A DNA stretch of 53,689 bases from positions 1 through 53,689 of the IMG/VR virus record IMGVR_UViG_3300032212_000011. The stretch is one strand, 5' to 3'. The stretch comes from a virus. Taxonomy: Duplodnaviria; Caudoviricetes. This document shows positions 27,151 to 36,099 of the stretch, piece by piece. The notes under the pieces are model-generated. The model was not told the origin of the DNA. It worked only from the letters and a program-made list of their open reading frames with translations, and made no database searches. Position 1 is the first letter of the stretch. Each line of letters starts with the position of its first letter. The position numbers and the translations under genes are program-made.

Positions 27151-29429
27151 TATGTTGAGCCTTTTGATTTTCCATTCTTCTGGGAATTATTTAATGCGTC
27201 AGCTAATGCCTCTGCCACAGTATCTCCTGCCTCTGCTTCAAATCTTATGACTTGAGCATTGCTATTAAAAGAGCCATCAGCGCCTGCAACAGTATCGTCA
27301 ACTTTTACATCTTGGAACTCTTCTGAGCTTGATGACGAGGAATCATCTGACAAATCTGGAGCAGCTACTGGAGTTGGTGCATTTGATCCCCCCTCAAATT
27401 CTTGGCTAGCAATAGCAGCTATTTCCAGCGCTCCTGCTATACCTGTAGCAGCCGCTAGAGGGTAATTTGGTAGAGCCTCTGTAACGGCTGCTGCAGTATT
27501 AACGAAAGCCTCTGAACCCTTTTGTATCTTCTTTATATAAAAAGCGGCCTTAGCAGCCTTCTCACTCTTCTTTCCTAGCGTTTCAATAGCTCCTATAGCC
27601 GTATTCAGCGTTAGATTCTCCAGACCTGCTTTTGCTCTTGCTTCTTTCTGCGCAAGCTTGATTCTTTCTTCCATTCCTTTGCGATTAATCTTATCAACAT
27701 TTAAAGCATATTGCTCTTCATTAATCAGCTTCTTGTCAAGCAATTGCTCTTGTAATTCCAAATCAAGCTCAAGACGTTCATACAAACGTTCAAGATCAGT
27801 CTCAGCCAGTTCCTCTAAGCCAGCGCGATATTCATCATCCAGCTCTTTGCGCTTTTCTTTTGCCTCAATCTCCGTGAGTAGCTTCGATTCCTCAGCTTGG
27901 TCAATTAACTCTTGCTCTGATTCAAGTCTCGCTGCGAGAGCTTCCACGGCTGTCTGGTCTGCGGCAGCTTGGTCTTCTTGTCTCTTCTGGATATCATCCA
28001 ATCTGCGCTGTCTTGAGTTCTGGAGAGCTTCAAGTTCTTTCTTTTCTTTTGCTGATACTTTTGCGCCATCTCCACCATCTTCTCCCTCAATCTTAAATTG
28101 ACTTAGAACATCGCCATTTTCATCTTCATTTGCCTTTCTGCGTTTTTCCCTCTCTTGTAAGAACTTCTCTGTTAATCCTTCGGCATTCTTTCGCTTAACC
28201 TCAGTGGCTGCAATATCAGCTTCCATCTCAGCAAATATTCCATCAATAGTATCTTGTCTAATTGAAGCATTTCTGGCCAAGGCAGTATCCAATCTTTTCC
28301 CTGCTGCCTCAATAGTATCATCTGTAAATATAGCAGCAACTGCGTCAACCAAGTATTCAGACCTATCTATAAGATTGTTTACAAAATCTAGAAACTCAAC
28401 AGTGGCAACTTTGATGAATGCTCTAAAGTGCTCAGGGAAGTTAGAAAATATTTTTCCAGCCATATCAACAGATTCTTCAGAGGCATCTGGAATCTCATTC
28501 ATCAAACTATTCCACATATCTCCAATTGTGCTAAATAATCCATCCAAATCTTTACCAAAACCAGCAAATTGTTGGAACACTGCATCAAGCCTTGCCTCTA
28601 CTTCTCCGCTGTTTATCATATTAGCAAATTCTTCAAGTTCAGCATTAGCAAACGAGAACATCTCGCTAATTAGTTCTGTAAAACCTGCGTCTCCAATTCC
28701 CTTGGCTATTCTGTCTACATTGTCTCCAAAGTTAGACATCAATCCATTTAGAGTATTGAATTGCTCTTCCATAGCTCCAGCAAAATTCTCATTACCAATA
28801 GATTGTAAGAATGCTGTTATTTCCTCTGCGTTCTTTCCAACTCTGGTAGTTTGTCCTTGGAATGTAAATGCTACTTCATCTCCAATGGACTTAGATTTGA
28901 TACCAAACTCTTTCAGTCTTTCAAATTCACCAGTAGCAGCATCTGCTACAGCTTCAATCATTTGACTCAAATCTTTTCCAAGAGCAACAGCAGTATTGCC
29001 GTATGATTGAAGTGCTGCCTCACCTGGGTCCAAACCCATATTTCTTAACTTCACAAATGCTTCAATGGATTTGTCTATGCTAAATGGGGTGGTTGCTGCA
29101 AAATCTTGGAGGGCTTCCATAGCCATTGCTGCATTCTCAGTAGAGCCTGTAGCAGTTTTCAAACTTGCTTCATAAGTTTGGAATTTTTTGGCAACATTTA
29201 TTATCCCAACACCAACAGCAGCTACAGCTGTAGCAGCAGCCAATACATGGAACTTTAAATTTGAAGAAGATTTGGCAGTTGAATTCTGCCGCTTGGACAT
29301 TCTTTTTAAATCTTTGGTTATATCATCTACAGCTTTGTCAGTGACCTTAGCAGATTTGCGCATGTCTGCCATGTACTCATCGACTTTGGCATCCATCTCA
29401 ACAATTAATTTTTCTATTTCAGTAGCCAT
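27150..29429 (-). CDS. Tape measure protein
   Basis: LQDFAATTPF...AVADAATGEFERLKEFGI tape-measure domain; helical; follows the chaperone. Confidence 0.92.
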   Translation of the reverse strand: MATEIEKLIVEMDAKVDEYMADMRKSAKVTDKAVDDITKDLKRMSKRQNSTAKSSSNLKFHVLAAATAVAAVGVGIINVAKKFQTYEASLKTATGSTENAAMAMEALQDFAATTPFSIDKSIEAFVKLRNMGLDPGEAALQSYGNTAVALGKDLSQMIEAVADAATGEFERLKEFGIKSKSIGDEVAFTFQGQTTRVGKNAEEITAFLQSIGNENFAGAMEEQFNTLNGLMSNFGDNVDRIAKGIGDAGFTELISEMFSFANAELEEFANMINSGEVEARLDAVFQQFAGFGKDLDGLFSTIGDMWNSLMNEIPDASEESVDMAGKIFSNFPEHFRAFIKVATVEFLDFVNNLIDRSEYLVDAVAAIFTDDTIEAAGKRLDTALARNASIRQDTIDGIFAEMEADIAATEVKRKNAEGLTEKFLQEREKRRKANEDENGDVLSQFKIEGEDGGDGAKVSAKEKKELEALQNSRQRRLDDIQKRQEDQAAADQTAVEALAARLESEQELIDQAEESKLLTEIEAKEKRKELDDEYRAGLEELAETDLERLYERLELDLELQEQLLDKKLINEEQYALNVDKINRKGMEERIKLAQKEARAKAGLENLTLNTAIGAIETLGKKSEKAAKAAFYIKKIQKGSEAFVNTAAAVTEALPNYPLAAATGIAGALEIAAIASQEFEGGSNAPTPVAAPDLSDDSSSSSSEEFQDVKVDDTVAGADGSFNSNAQVIRFEAEAGDTVAEALADALNNSQKNGKSKGST

Positions 29430-29688
29430 TATCTATTTTTCCATCGCAATACAATTTCCCTTTCACCTCTGACTAGTTGTTCTCTAGACATTTGCTCTTG
29501 CTTATTTGGGTCATTGTTATGATCAGTTATCAAATCAGTAAATCTTGATAGCGGTGTCTTCCAGAATTCATCAGCAGACATACCAAGTATTCTTATTGCT
29601 GATGAAATCCAATCTTGTATGGGTATTTCTTGTGCATCTTTTTTCTTTTGCTTTATGAACGTTCTAAATTTATCAGATTCTATCTGTC
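29429..29688 (-). CDS. Tail assembly chaperone, -1 frameshift extension (gpGT-like)
   Basis: -1 frame after the A9 run reads RQIESDKF...ILGMSADEFWKTP...WKNR and its TAA overlaps the tape measure ATG. Confidence 0.8.
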
Positions 29689-30105
29689 TTTTTTTTTAAA
29701 AATTCCAATCAGAGCAAAATAGCAAACGTCCACGAACAAAACTGGATAAGATTTAGTCATCGCACCATTATCAGTAACTCTAGGAAGAACTCCATCCATA
29801 AGAACTGCTTCTTGAATCTCATCAAATTGGACTTGAGAATCCATTTCATTGGCAGCCAAGAAGAAAAGTATTGCAGCATCTTCCATAGATATTGATCTAG
29901 ACAATATAGCAGCTCGCTCAACTATATTGTCACACTCAGTAGAATCTTGGAACGCATATATGGCATCTACAGCAGCAGAGTTAAAACACTTTCCAGTTTC
30001 AGTTTTGAACTTGGCTATGACTCCCATGTTAATTCTCAATGGGTAAACTCTATCATACAAAGTTATTTTCAATTCGCCATCATAGGCATTAGTTGGGGTT
30101 GTCAT
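29680..30105 (-). CDS. Tail assembly chaperone (gpG-like)
   Basis: Between tube genes and tape measure; ends at the slippery site. Confidence 0.8.
   Translation of the reverse strand: MTTPTNAYDGELKITLYDRVYPLRINMGVIAKFKTETGKCFNSAAVDAIYAFQDSTECDNIVERAAILSRSISMEDAAILFFLAANEMDSQVQFDEIQEAVLMDGVLPRVTDNGAMTKSYPVLFVDVCYFALIGIFKKKDR
29689..29697 (-). promoter_or_regulatory. Programmed -1 ribosomal frameshift slippery site (A AAA AAA)
   Basis: TTT AAA AAA AAA GAC AGA TAG at the end of the chaperone gene. Confidence 0.8.
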
Positions 30106-30863
30106 TAGTCTGCTCTCACCTGTACATCTTGCGAAGTAGAGTAGTTATTTCTTACTAGGAAATAGATTTGCGTAGCGCTCCCATTTCTAGCTCCATATAA
30201 GTCAGCATCACCTGTATCCCTAGCATATTTGCGAGCAATAACAGAATCTACTGCTGATACAGTTTCCCAAACTGCTACCTCTAAATTCTCTCCATCCTCA
30301 ACCGTGACTAGATTGGAGTAGCCTGCTATGTCGCTTGGGTCTAACTGGAATGCTACCCAAGTGTTTGCCGCAGCAGATATCACGGAACTTGAAGTATTCA
30401 GCGCAAGATTTGCTTGAGAAACAGCAGCAATAGCATTGGCTTGAGTATTTGATCCTCCAACTCCATCTTGATCAAACTCTCCAGTAGACTGAAGAGTAAC
30501 AGAAGCAGTTATTGCATCATTATCAGGAGAAGATTGTCCAACGCTCGCAACTATCATGGAAGTATTTTTGATGTAATCTGCTCCATCAAACATTCTAAAT
30601 TGCTCAATTGTTTTATTTTTAGCAGCAGTCTGCATATAAGCATAAGCAGCATCGCTAGAAAATACAAATTCCCCAGATACATCCTTAGTCATGAGGCCTT
30701 CTCCAGATAAGAGAGTCCTGAAGCTGCTGTGACCTTTATTGGTAATATCAATCGGAGTTAGTGAAGAAGCATCAGTATGATTCTTTTCACCGCCAACGAA
30801 AGTCCAAGTTGCACCAATCAATACTTGAAGTATTAAATTAGTTCCATTCAATTCACCTGACAT
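30105..30863 (-). CDS. Tail tube paralogue 3: tube domain plus about 115-aa C-terminal domain
   Basis: MSGELNGT...GG.K.H...PIDIT.K...FR.LL.GEGL...SPDND...LQS.G aligns with 33784-34191. Confidence 0.85.
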   Translation of the reverse strand: MSGELNGTNLILQVLIGATWTFVGGEKNHTDASSLTPIDITNKGHSSFRTLLSGEGLMTKDVSGEFVFSSDAAYAYMQTAAKNKTIEQFRMFDGADYIKNTSMIVASVGQSSPDNDAITASVTLQSTGEFDQDGVGGSNTQANAIAAVSQANLALNTSSSVISAAANTWVAFQLDPSDIAGYSNLVTVEDGENLEVAVWETVSAVDSVIARKYARDTGDADLYGARNGSATQIYFLVRNNYSTSQDVQVRAD

Positions 30864-30874
30864 GATTAAGTCCT

Positions 30875-31354
30875 CTATTTAAATGCTTGTCTGTACAATT
30901 TTTCAGCTTGTAACCAAAATTCTTTTTCAGCAGCCTGAACAGTTCTGCCATCTTGCATCAGTATGCCTACAGAAAATCTAGATATTTTATATAAGTTGTC
31001 TGTTGGAGTTGCAATCAAAGTATATAAACATCGTGGATATTTATTTACAATATTTCTCAGCTTGTCTGACTCCAGATTTAAATCAAGCAATTCAAGAATA
31101 ACTGCTCCATTTACTTCAGAATCCTTGTCGAGATTTGAGAAGTATTTTCCAATCTCAATCAAGAAGGGTAGCTGGTTTTCATAATCAATACAACATAATG
31201 CCCAATAAGCATCTTCAATCCCAACTTTGTCTATCAACTCCACAAGACTAATCTTTTTAGCAGTTGCTTTTTTAGTTTCAAAATTGTCCAGCGTTCTTTT
31301 CCATCCATGAGAACAGGGAGATTTGCTTCTTATGTCTTTAAGAGAAATTTTCAT
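30875..31354 (-). CDS. Hypothetical, probably non-structural protein
   Basis: IRSKSPC.HGW...GIEDAYWAL pattern; GGAG RBS. Confidence 0.6.
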   Translation of the reverse strand: MKISLKDIRSKSPCSHGWKRTLDNFETKKATAKKISLVELIDKVGIEDAYWALCCIDYENQLPFLIEIGKYFSNLDKDSEVNGAVILELLDLNLESDKLRNIVNKYPRCLYTLIATPTDNLYKISRFSVGILMQDGRTVQAAEKEFWLQAEKLYRQAFK

Positions 31355-31365
31355 ATCATCTCCAC

Positions 31366-33777
31366 CTAGTCTGGTATAAATATCTGAATGTTTTGTGCTG
31401 ACCCTTTATTGTTTTTCACTAAAAACATCAGCCTAGTTGCTGTTGGATCATGCGCTCCCATGTTTTCTGATGCAGTGGCAGAAACTGAAGTGGATACAGC
31501 AACTTCTGAATCTACTGCTGATACTGTCTCCCAGACTGCCAAATCACAATCTGATCCTATTGATAGTTGAACGCTGTCTAGGTACTGAGATATTTGCCCT
31601 GATTCAGACATTTCAAAACAAATCCAGCTTTGAGCAGGACAAGAAATAGTATCGCTGAAAGATGACATTTGGAATAGAGTTTGTGAAGGAGATGCTATGG
31701 CATCAGCTTTCGTATTCCCTACTGGTGGAGAAGTGTCCCCAAACTTCCAATAATTAAAATTGTCATCTCTTTCTGTTGATGTTAGCACTTTATCATACAT
31801 CATTATTTCATCAAGTTGCACAGTATTCTTGGGAACATTGCTTCCATTAGGGAAAGCCCCTATACTAAATAGTCCACCTGTAACAGGGGATGAATTAGTC
31901 ACTATTGCTGATGTATCAAGATTTGTCTCAGAAACATTATTCACTCTAGTGTCTAGCAACTCTCCAGTAGAATCAAAAGTCACACTAACCCAAGTCCAAA
32001 TGTTTACCTTAGAGGTATAATCTGTATCAATTACAAATTGAACATTGGCACCATCTCCATCATATAGCAACATAACTAGCTGTTGAGTTCCAGTATCAAT
32101 AAATTGTATGTTGTATTGATCATTATTTGAAGCACCATTATCGCTGTAACCAAATAGATAGCAGCTGTCTTCAGCAGGAAGTTGAACACCAAACTCTATT
32201 GTATAGTCTCCAGATGGCAATTGTAAATCATCTTCAGAAGCTGCCTGAATAGAATCAATACTAACATCAAATTCTTTTGCTTGGGATGCTCCACCAGTAA
32301 AAGCAGTGGATGGAGAAATGCTATATCCTGCTGTACTCGCATCTTGCTGATAATCCAAATCTGTTGCTCTTGATCCGTCATCTGCCGCAACTAGACCTGA
32401 GGACTCATTCATCCTTACCCAATTGATTGGGGCGAGTGCGGCAATGACTGCTTCAAAGTCTTCTTCTGCTGGAACTTCAGGAGCTGTGCTTGTACTAGTT
32501 GCCCACCAACTATATGCGTTGGTAGCGCTATATAATATTCCAGTTTGTGATGCATAAGTTGATATTACATCAATCTTTCCATCAAACGCATTTGCGTCAG
32601 GGTCATCTTTCAAAGCAGCAACTCTAAATTGCGCAGTAGTGTGACCAGTACTAACATTTGCCTCCCATCCAGAAGCATCTTCATTTATTATTTCAACATC
32701 ATTTATTCTTACTACAAAACTAACTCCAGATTCAAAGAATATACTGTAATAAGAGAATCCTGAATCCAAAGCAGCTATAGAAGCAGCAATTATGAAAGTT
32801 CTTTCGGTGAATGTGATGTTATCATCAGTTGTATACATAACCAGATTTAGAACATCAGCACTCGCATCATTAACCTGTATTTTAAACAGCTTATCCAATC
32901 CATCAGTGGTTACAGCATCATCATCCCAAAAAGAAAGTATTACATCGTTCACAGCTGCTATGTTATTGTTGAACTCTAGTGCAAATTCAATCCCCCATAC
33001 ATTTGACCGTGAGAATACTGTCCCAGTTTGGGTTGTCTCGCCAGCCAGCGACCTTTCTTCAAACCCTGCTATGTTCTTGGAGTCTCCTGCTTGAGAATTT
33101 ATTGAAGAATCTGCCAACCAAGATGAATCAACTAGAGAATTGTAATACAAAGGCTCTTTGGTGAATCCTGCTGCACCTTTACCTGTATTTGATGCTTTAG
33201 TGCCAATGCTTTCATCCAGCCTCCAAAAATCTATACAATTATTTTGATAAACTGCTGTATAGAAGCTGTATGCTGTTGAGCCTCCTGCTCCACCTCCTGC
33301 ACCTCCACCACCGCTACCATAATTAGGATTGCCTCCATTCTCAATACCGCCACCAAATGTCTTATTGGTGTACTCAGGAGCATTAGCAGAACTAGAAGCA
33401 ATTTTGATTGAGAATGATGCAGATAATGCAACTCCAGAAGTTGGGGCCTCACTATAATTTACCACCATTCCTTCCAGCGGCTCTTCTGTTAAATTAGGCT
33501 TTATGGTTTTAAACTTGTGTATCAATCTTGATGCGGCTGCGTCACGAAATGCCATAAAAGATGCATCAGAGTTAAAAACAACCTCCATAGATACAGTCTC
33601 AGTTATCTGTCCATCACCATCAAGCATGCGGTCTGCTTCACCAGCAGACTGGTTAGTTATCATAATTGGTGAAGTAGCCACATTGTGAGTGTGAGAACGC
33701 TGGCCTCCAATGAATACATATTCATCGTCAACCAGCATCTGCAGATAAGCACTTATGCCATTGATTTCGTCAGCCAT
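31366..33777 (-). CDS. Tail tube paralogue 2: tube domain, Gly linker, two LamG-like domains, C-terminal domain
   Basis: N-terminus MADEING...IGGQ.SHT...PI.IT aligns with the tube; FWRLDES/WVRMNES...FDGKID/LDEIMMYDKVLT LamG-like motifs. Confidence 0.8.
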   Translation of the reverse strand: MADEINGISAYLQMLVDDEYVFIGGQRSHTHNVATSPIMITNQSAGEADRMLDGDGQITETVSMEVVFNSDASFMAFRDAAASRLIHKFKTIKPNLTEEPLEGMVVNYSEAPTSGVALSASFSIKIASSSANAPEYTNKTFGGGIENGGNPNYGSGGGGAGGGAGGSTAYSFYTAVYQNNCIDFWRLDESIGTKASNTGKGAAGFTKEPLYYNSLVDSSWLADSSINSQAGDSKNIAGFEERSLAGETTQTGTVFSRSNVWGIEFALEFNNNIAAVNDVILSFWDDDAVTTDGLDKLFKIQVNDASADVLNLVMYTTDDNITFTERTFIIAASIAALDSGFSYYSIFFESGVSFVVRINDVEIINEDASGWEANVSTGHTTAQFRVAALKDDPDANAFDGKIDVISTYASQTGILYSATNAYSWWATSTSTAPEVPAEEDFEAVIAALAPINWVRMNESSGLVAADDGSRATDLDYQQDASTAGYSISPSTAFTGGASQAKEFDVSIDSIQAASEDDLQLPSGDYTIEFGVQLPAEDSCYLFGYSDNGASNNDQYNIQFIDTGTQQLVMLLYDGDGANVQFVIDTDYTSKVNIWTWVSVTFDSTGELLDTRVNNVSETNLDTSAIVTNSSPVTGGLFSIGAFPNGSNVPKNTVQLDEIMMYDKVLTSTERDDNFNYWKFGDTSPPVGNTKADAIASPSQTLFQMSSFSDTISCPAQSWICFEMSESGQISQYLDSVQLSIGSDCDLAVWETVSAVDSEVAVSTSVSATASENMGAHDPTATRLMFLVKNNKGSAQNIQIFIPD

Positions 33778-33783
33778 ACTAGC

Positions 33784-34191
33784 TTACACCCAAGTAAATG
33801 AACCAGAAGATTGTAGCGCTACTGAGTTAGTTACCTTATCATTATCAGGAGAAGCCTCAGAGAAGCTAGCAACTTGATATAGGCAATCAAAATCATTGCC
33901 ACCAATCGTGATTCTAAATCTAGTAATAACTTTGGATGAAAATAAAGCACGTAATTGTAAGAAAGCTGCGTTTGAGTTATACTTCAACTCAAGAGCCAAG
34001 TCGCAAGACTGTAGGCCTTCAGCATCCAATAGGGCACGGAAACTGCCACTATCCTTACAAGTAATGTCAATTGGAGTATTATTCAAAGTCAAAGTATGAC
34101 TCATCTGTCCACCAATCTGCGTATATGTTCCTGAATCTGGAGTATCTTCTATTGCTACATAGACACCAGTGCCGTTTGCTTCGCCTGCCAT
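33784..34191 (-). CDS. Major tail tube protein (TP901-1-like)
   Basis: 135 aa, IDITCKDSG.FR.LL, LQSSG; follows the tail terminator. Confidence 0.88.
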   Translation of the reverse strand: MAGEANGTGVYVAIEDTPDSGTYTQIGGQMSHTLTLNNTPIDITCKDSGSFRALLDAEGLQSCDLALELKYNSNAAFLQLRALFSSKVITRFRITIGGNDFDCLYQVASFSEASPDNDKVTNSVALQSSGSFTWV

Positions 34192-34206
34192 GATAAACCT
34201 CTCTAT

Positions 34207-34614
34207 CTATCGTTGAATGTATGAAGTCCAATTGATGGAAGCATCTAAAACAAATCTTCCATTAATATTTCTGCCGTTACTTGAAGTAGTCTCACCCAAT
34301 TTGACTGTGACTCCATCTTTTGTATATTCTGCTGCATACGGAAACGCATCTTTAATCAAATCTAACGCATCCCATGCTTTACCAGAGCCAATTTCTGTTT
34401 TCATCCTAATAGAGATTTGGAATATTCCAATCTCTTCCCTTGAGTCTGTACTAGCTTTACCAAGCGATTCAGTATCTGCTGGCAATAAATATGTATCTAA
34501 ATACAAATCTACATTCTCAGAATCAAGGCTTTTGTTCTCTCTTGCTATTGGATATCCAAGAGCAGCATCAAATAATTGCTGATTAAGGGCTTCTGTAATG
34601 CTTTTATAGCTCAT
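34207..34614 (-). CDS. Tail terminator protein
   Basis: IA.EN, LLPA, GIFQISI; directly before the tube gene. Confidence 0.75.
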   Translation of the reverse strand: MSYKSITEALNQQLFDAALGYPIARENKSLDSENVDLYLDTYLLPADTESLGKASTDSREEIGIFQISIRMKTEIGSGKAWDALDLIKDAFPYAAEYTKDGVTVKLGETTSSNGRNINGRFVLDASINWTSYIQR

Positions 34615-35027
34615 TTCACCTTACTCACAGCATTATTGATGTGCTTTTTTGATCTCTTCAATGCTTTTCTAGCCATCCCATTTGGAGCCTGCTTAGAATG
34701 TCCATATTCAAGAGCAATAGAATATGGCAAATTATTTGTTATCGTCATATGCGAGAACATTCCTGCCGCCATAACTTCCTTTCTCACGATTGAAGCTGAC
34801 AATCTTTTTGTTGAACTTGTAGTAGCATCACTTGAAGACCCAATACTTGGAAACCAATTTGCTCTAAATCTACCAGTATCAACAGGAGAATTAACAATCA
34901 CATCCGTGAATAGAAATATCTGAGCCCATCTGTATGCTTTGCTGGCCTTTTTCAATGACTTATCAGCAAACGCATCCACGAAAGTTTTTGCTCTGACTTT
35001 TCTGTTTGCACTAATTCTAATTGTCAT
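34611..35027 (-). CDS. HK97 gp10-like neck/tail completion protein
   Basis: SPVDTGRFRANW, NNLPY...LEYGHSKQAP.GM. Confidence 0.88.
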   Translation of the reverse strand: MTIRISANRKVRAKTFVDAFADKSLKKASKAYRWAQIFLFTDVIVNSPVDTGRFRANWFPSIGSSSDATTSSTKRLSASIVRKEVMAAGMFSHMTITNNLPYSIALEYGHSKQAPNGMARKALKRSKKHINNAVSKVK

Positions 35028-35386
35028 GACCTTGCCTGAACAATATAAATAATTGCTTCCCCAATAGGGGCAATAGATTTTATGCTTTCAATAGAATGCT
35101 CAACTCCAGCAATTATCATGGTATCTTCATAATCTGGCTCAACTTCACAAGAGCAAATAACCTTTCTATCGCTTTTCTTTACCCTAGAGCCATCTACGAG
35201 GCTATCAGAATAGCCTACAACGACCGCTAGCAAGGCGATATCGCTCTCAACCTCGTTAGCGTATTCATTCTTAATTTCGTCGTAGCTAGCAGCGTTCCTA
35301 GAGCGTAAACAGACATTAGTCCTGCTTCCAAATTCTTCTAGCAGCTCAATTGCATCTGATGCAAAATCATCATAAAAATCACTCAT
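35024..35386 (-). CDS. Head closure / head-tail joining protein
   Basis: A.ELLEEFG, VDG..VK..DRK, P.G....Y.VQAR. Confidence 0.75.
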   Translation of the reverse strand: MSDFYDDFASDAIELLEEFGSRTNVCLRSRNAASYDEIKNEYANEVESDIALLAVVVGYSDSLVDGSRVKKSDRKVICSCEVEPDYEDTMIIAGVEHSIESIKSIAPIGEAIIYIVQARS

Positions 35387-35817
35387 CGTCTTACCAGCGG
35401 AATGGTTTTTATTGATGATGCCTTATCTGTGTAGCAAATTGCTCCCAGTAAAGCAGTAACTTGCGGAAAGTAATCAATCCACTTTCTGCCTATATTTCCA
35501 ACAGCATATTCAGTTTCTTTCTCAAGAACATCTGTTTTCTTTCTCTGTCTTTTTATTTGGGGGTCATTTGATTGCCGTGTGAATAGATTCTCTGTTAAGT
35601 GTCCATTCGCAACTATAGACAATGCCTCTTTGATAGTGGAGCTTATGTTGTCCAAATCTGTTAAGTCTTCATTTGGACAAGCATAAACATCCATGAAATA
35701 AATCTCTGCCCACCCCAAGGCATCAGTTTTCTCTGAATCAGAATTTGAAACCCATGGGGAAACGTCTACTAGAAGCGCATCTGCTTCAGCTAAACTGATT
35801 AATGTTGGAGTTGGCAT
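35383..35817 (-). CDS. Head-tail adaptor
   Basis: ISLAEADA, K...LE.EY, ends in LVRR; synteny after the capsid gene. Confidence 0.65.
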   Translation of the reverse strand: MPTPTLISLAEADALLVDVSPWVSNSDSEKTDALGWAEIYFMDVYACPNEDLTDLDNISSTIKEALSIVANGHLTENLFTRQSNDPQIKRQRKKTDVLEKETEYAVGNIGRKWIDYFPQVTALLGAICYTDKASSIKTIPLVRR

Positions 35818-35827
35818 CGTTTATTTC

Positions 35828-36013
35828 CTACTTTTTGTCTTTTTTGTCAGCAACTTTTGCTTTTGCTTCAGCAATTTCCAGTGCTTCAGCAGCTTCAGCA
35901 GCTTTTTCTGCATCTTCATGATATCCTGCTTTCATCATGATCTTTTTCTGATCAACTTCACAAGATATTTTCCTGCCAGTCTTTTTGTTATACAGTGAAA
36001 TTATATGTGCCAT
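35828..36013 (-). CDS. Small hypothetical protein downstream of the capsid gene
   Basis: GGAG RBS; Ala/Glu/Lys-rich. Confidence 0.65.
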   Translation of the reverse strand: MAHIISLYNKKTGRKISCEVDQKKIMMKAGYHEDAEKAAEAAEALEIAEAKAKVADKKDKK

Positions 36014-36044
36014 GATAGCATCTCCAATAATTAGTGAGGGTTAT

Positions 36045-36092
36045 AAAAAACGGCAGAGTATTTCATCTGCCAAAATGGTGGCCGAAGCCACC
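36045..36092 (-). terminator. Tandem hairpins / terminator after the capsid gene
   Basis: On the minus strand GGTGGC-TTCG-GCCACC, then GGCAGA-N8-TCTGCC-GTTTTTT. Confidence 0.75.
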
Positions 36093-36099
36093 CAGCCAA

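Noticed and set aside
36030-36044. Resemblance of AACCCTCACTAA to a T3-type RNA polymerase promoter
   Set aside because: Partial match only, and no single-subunit RNA polymerase is encoded.
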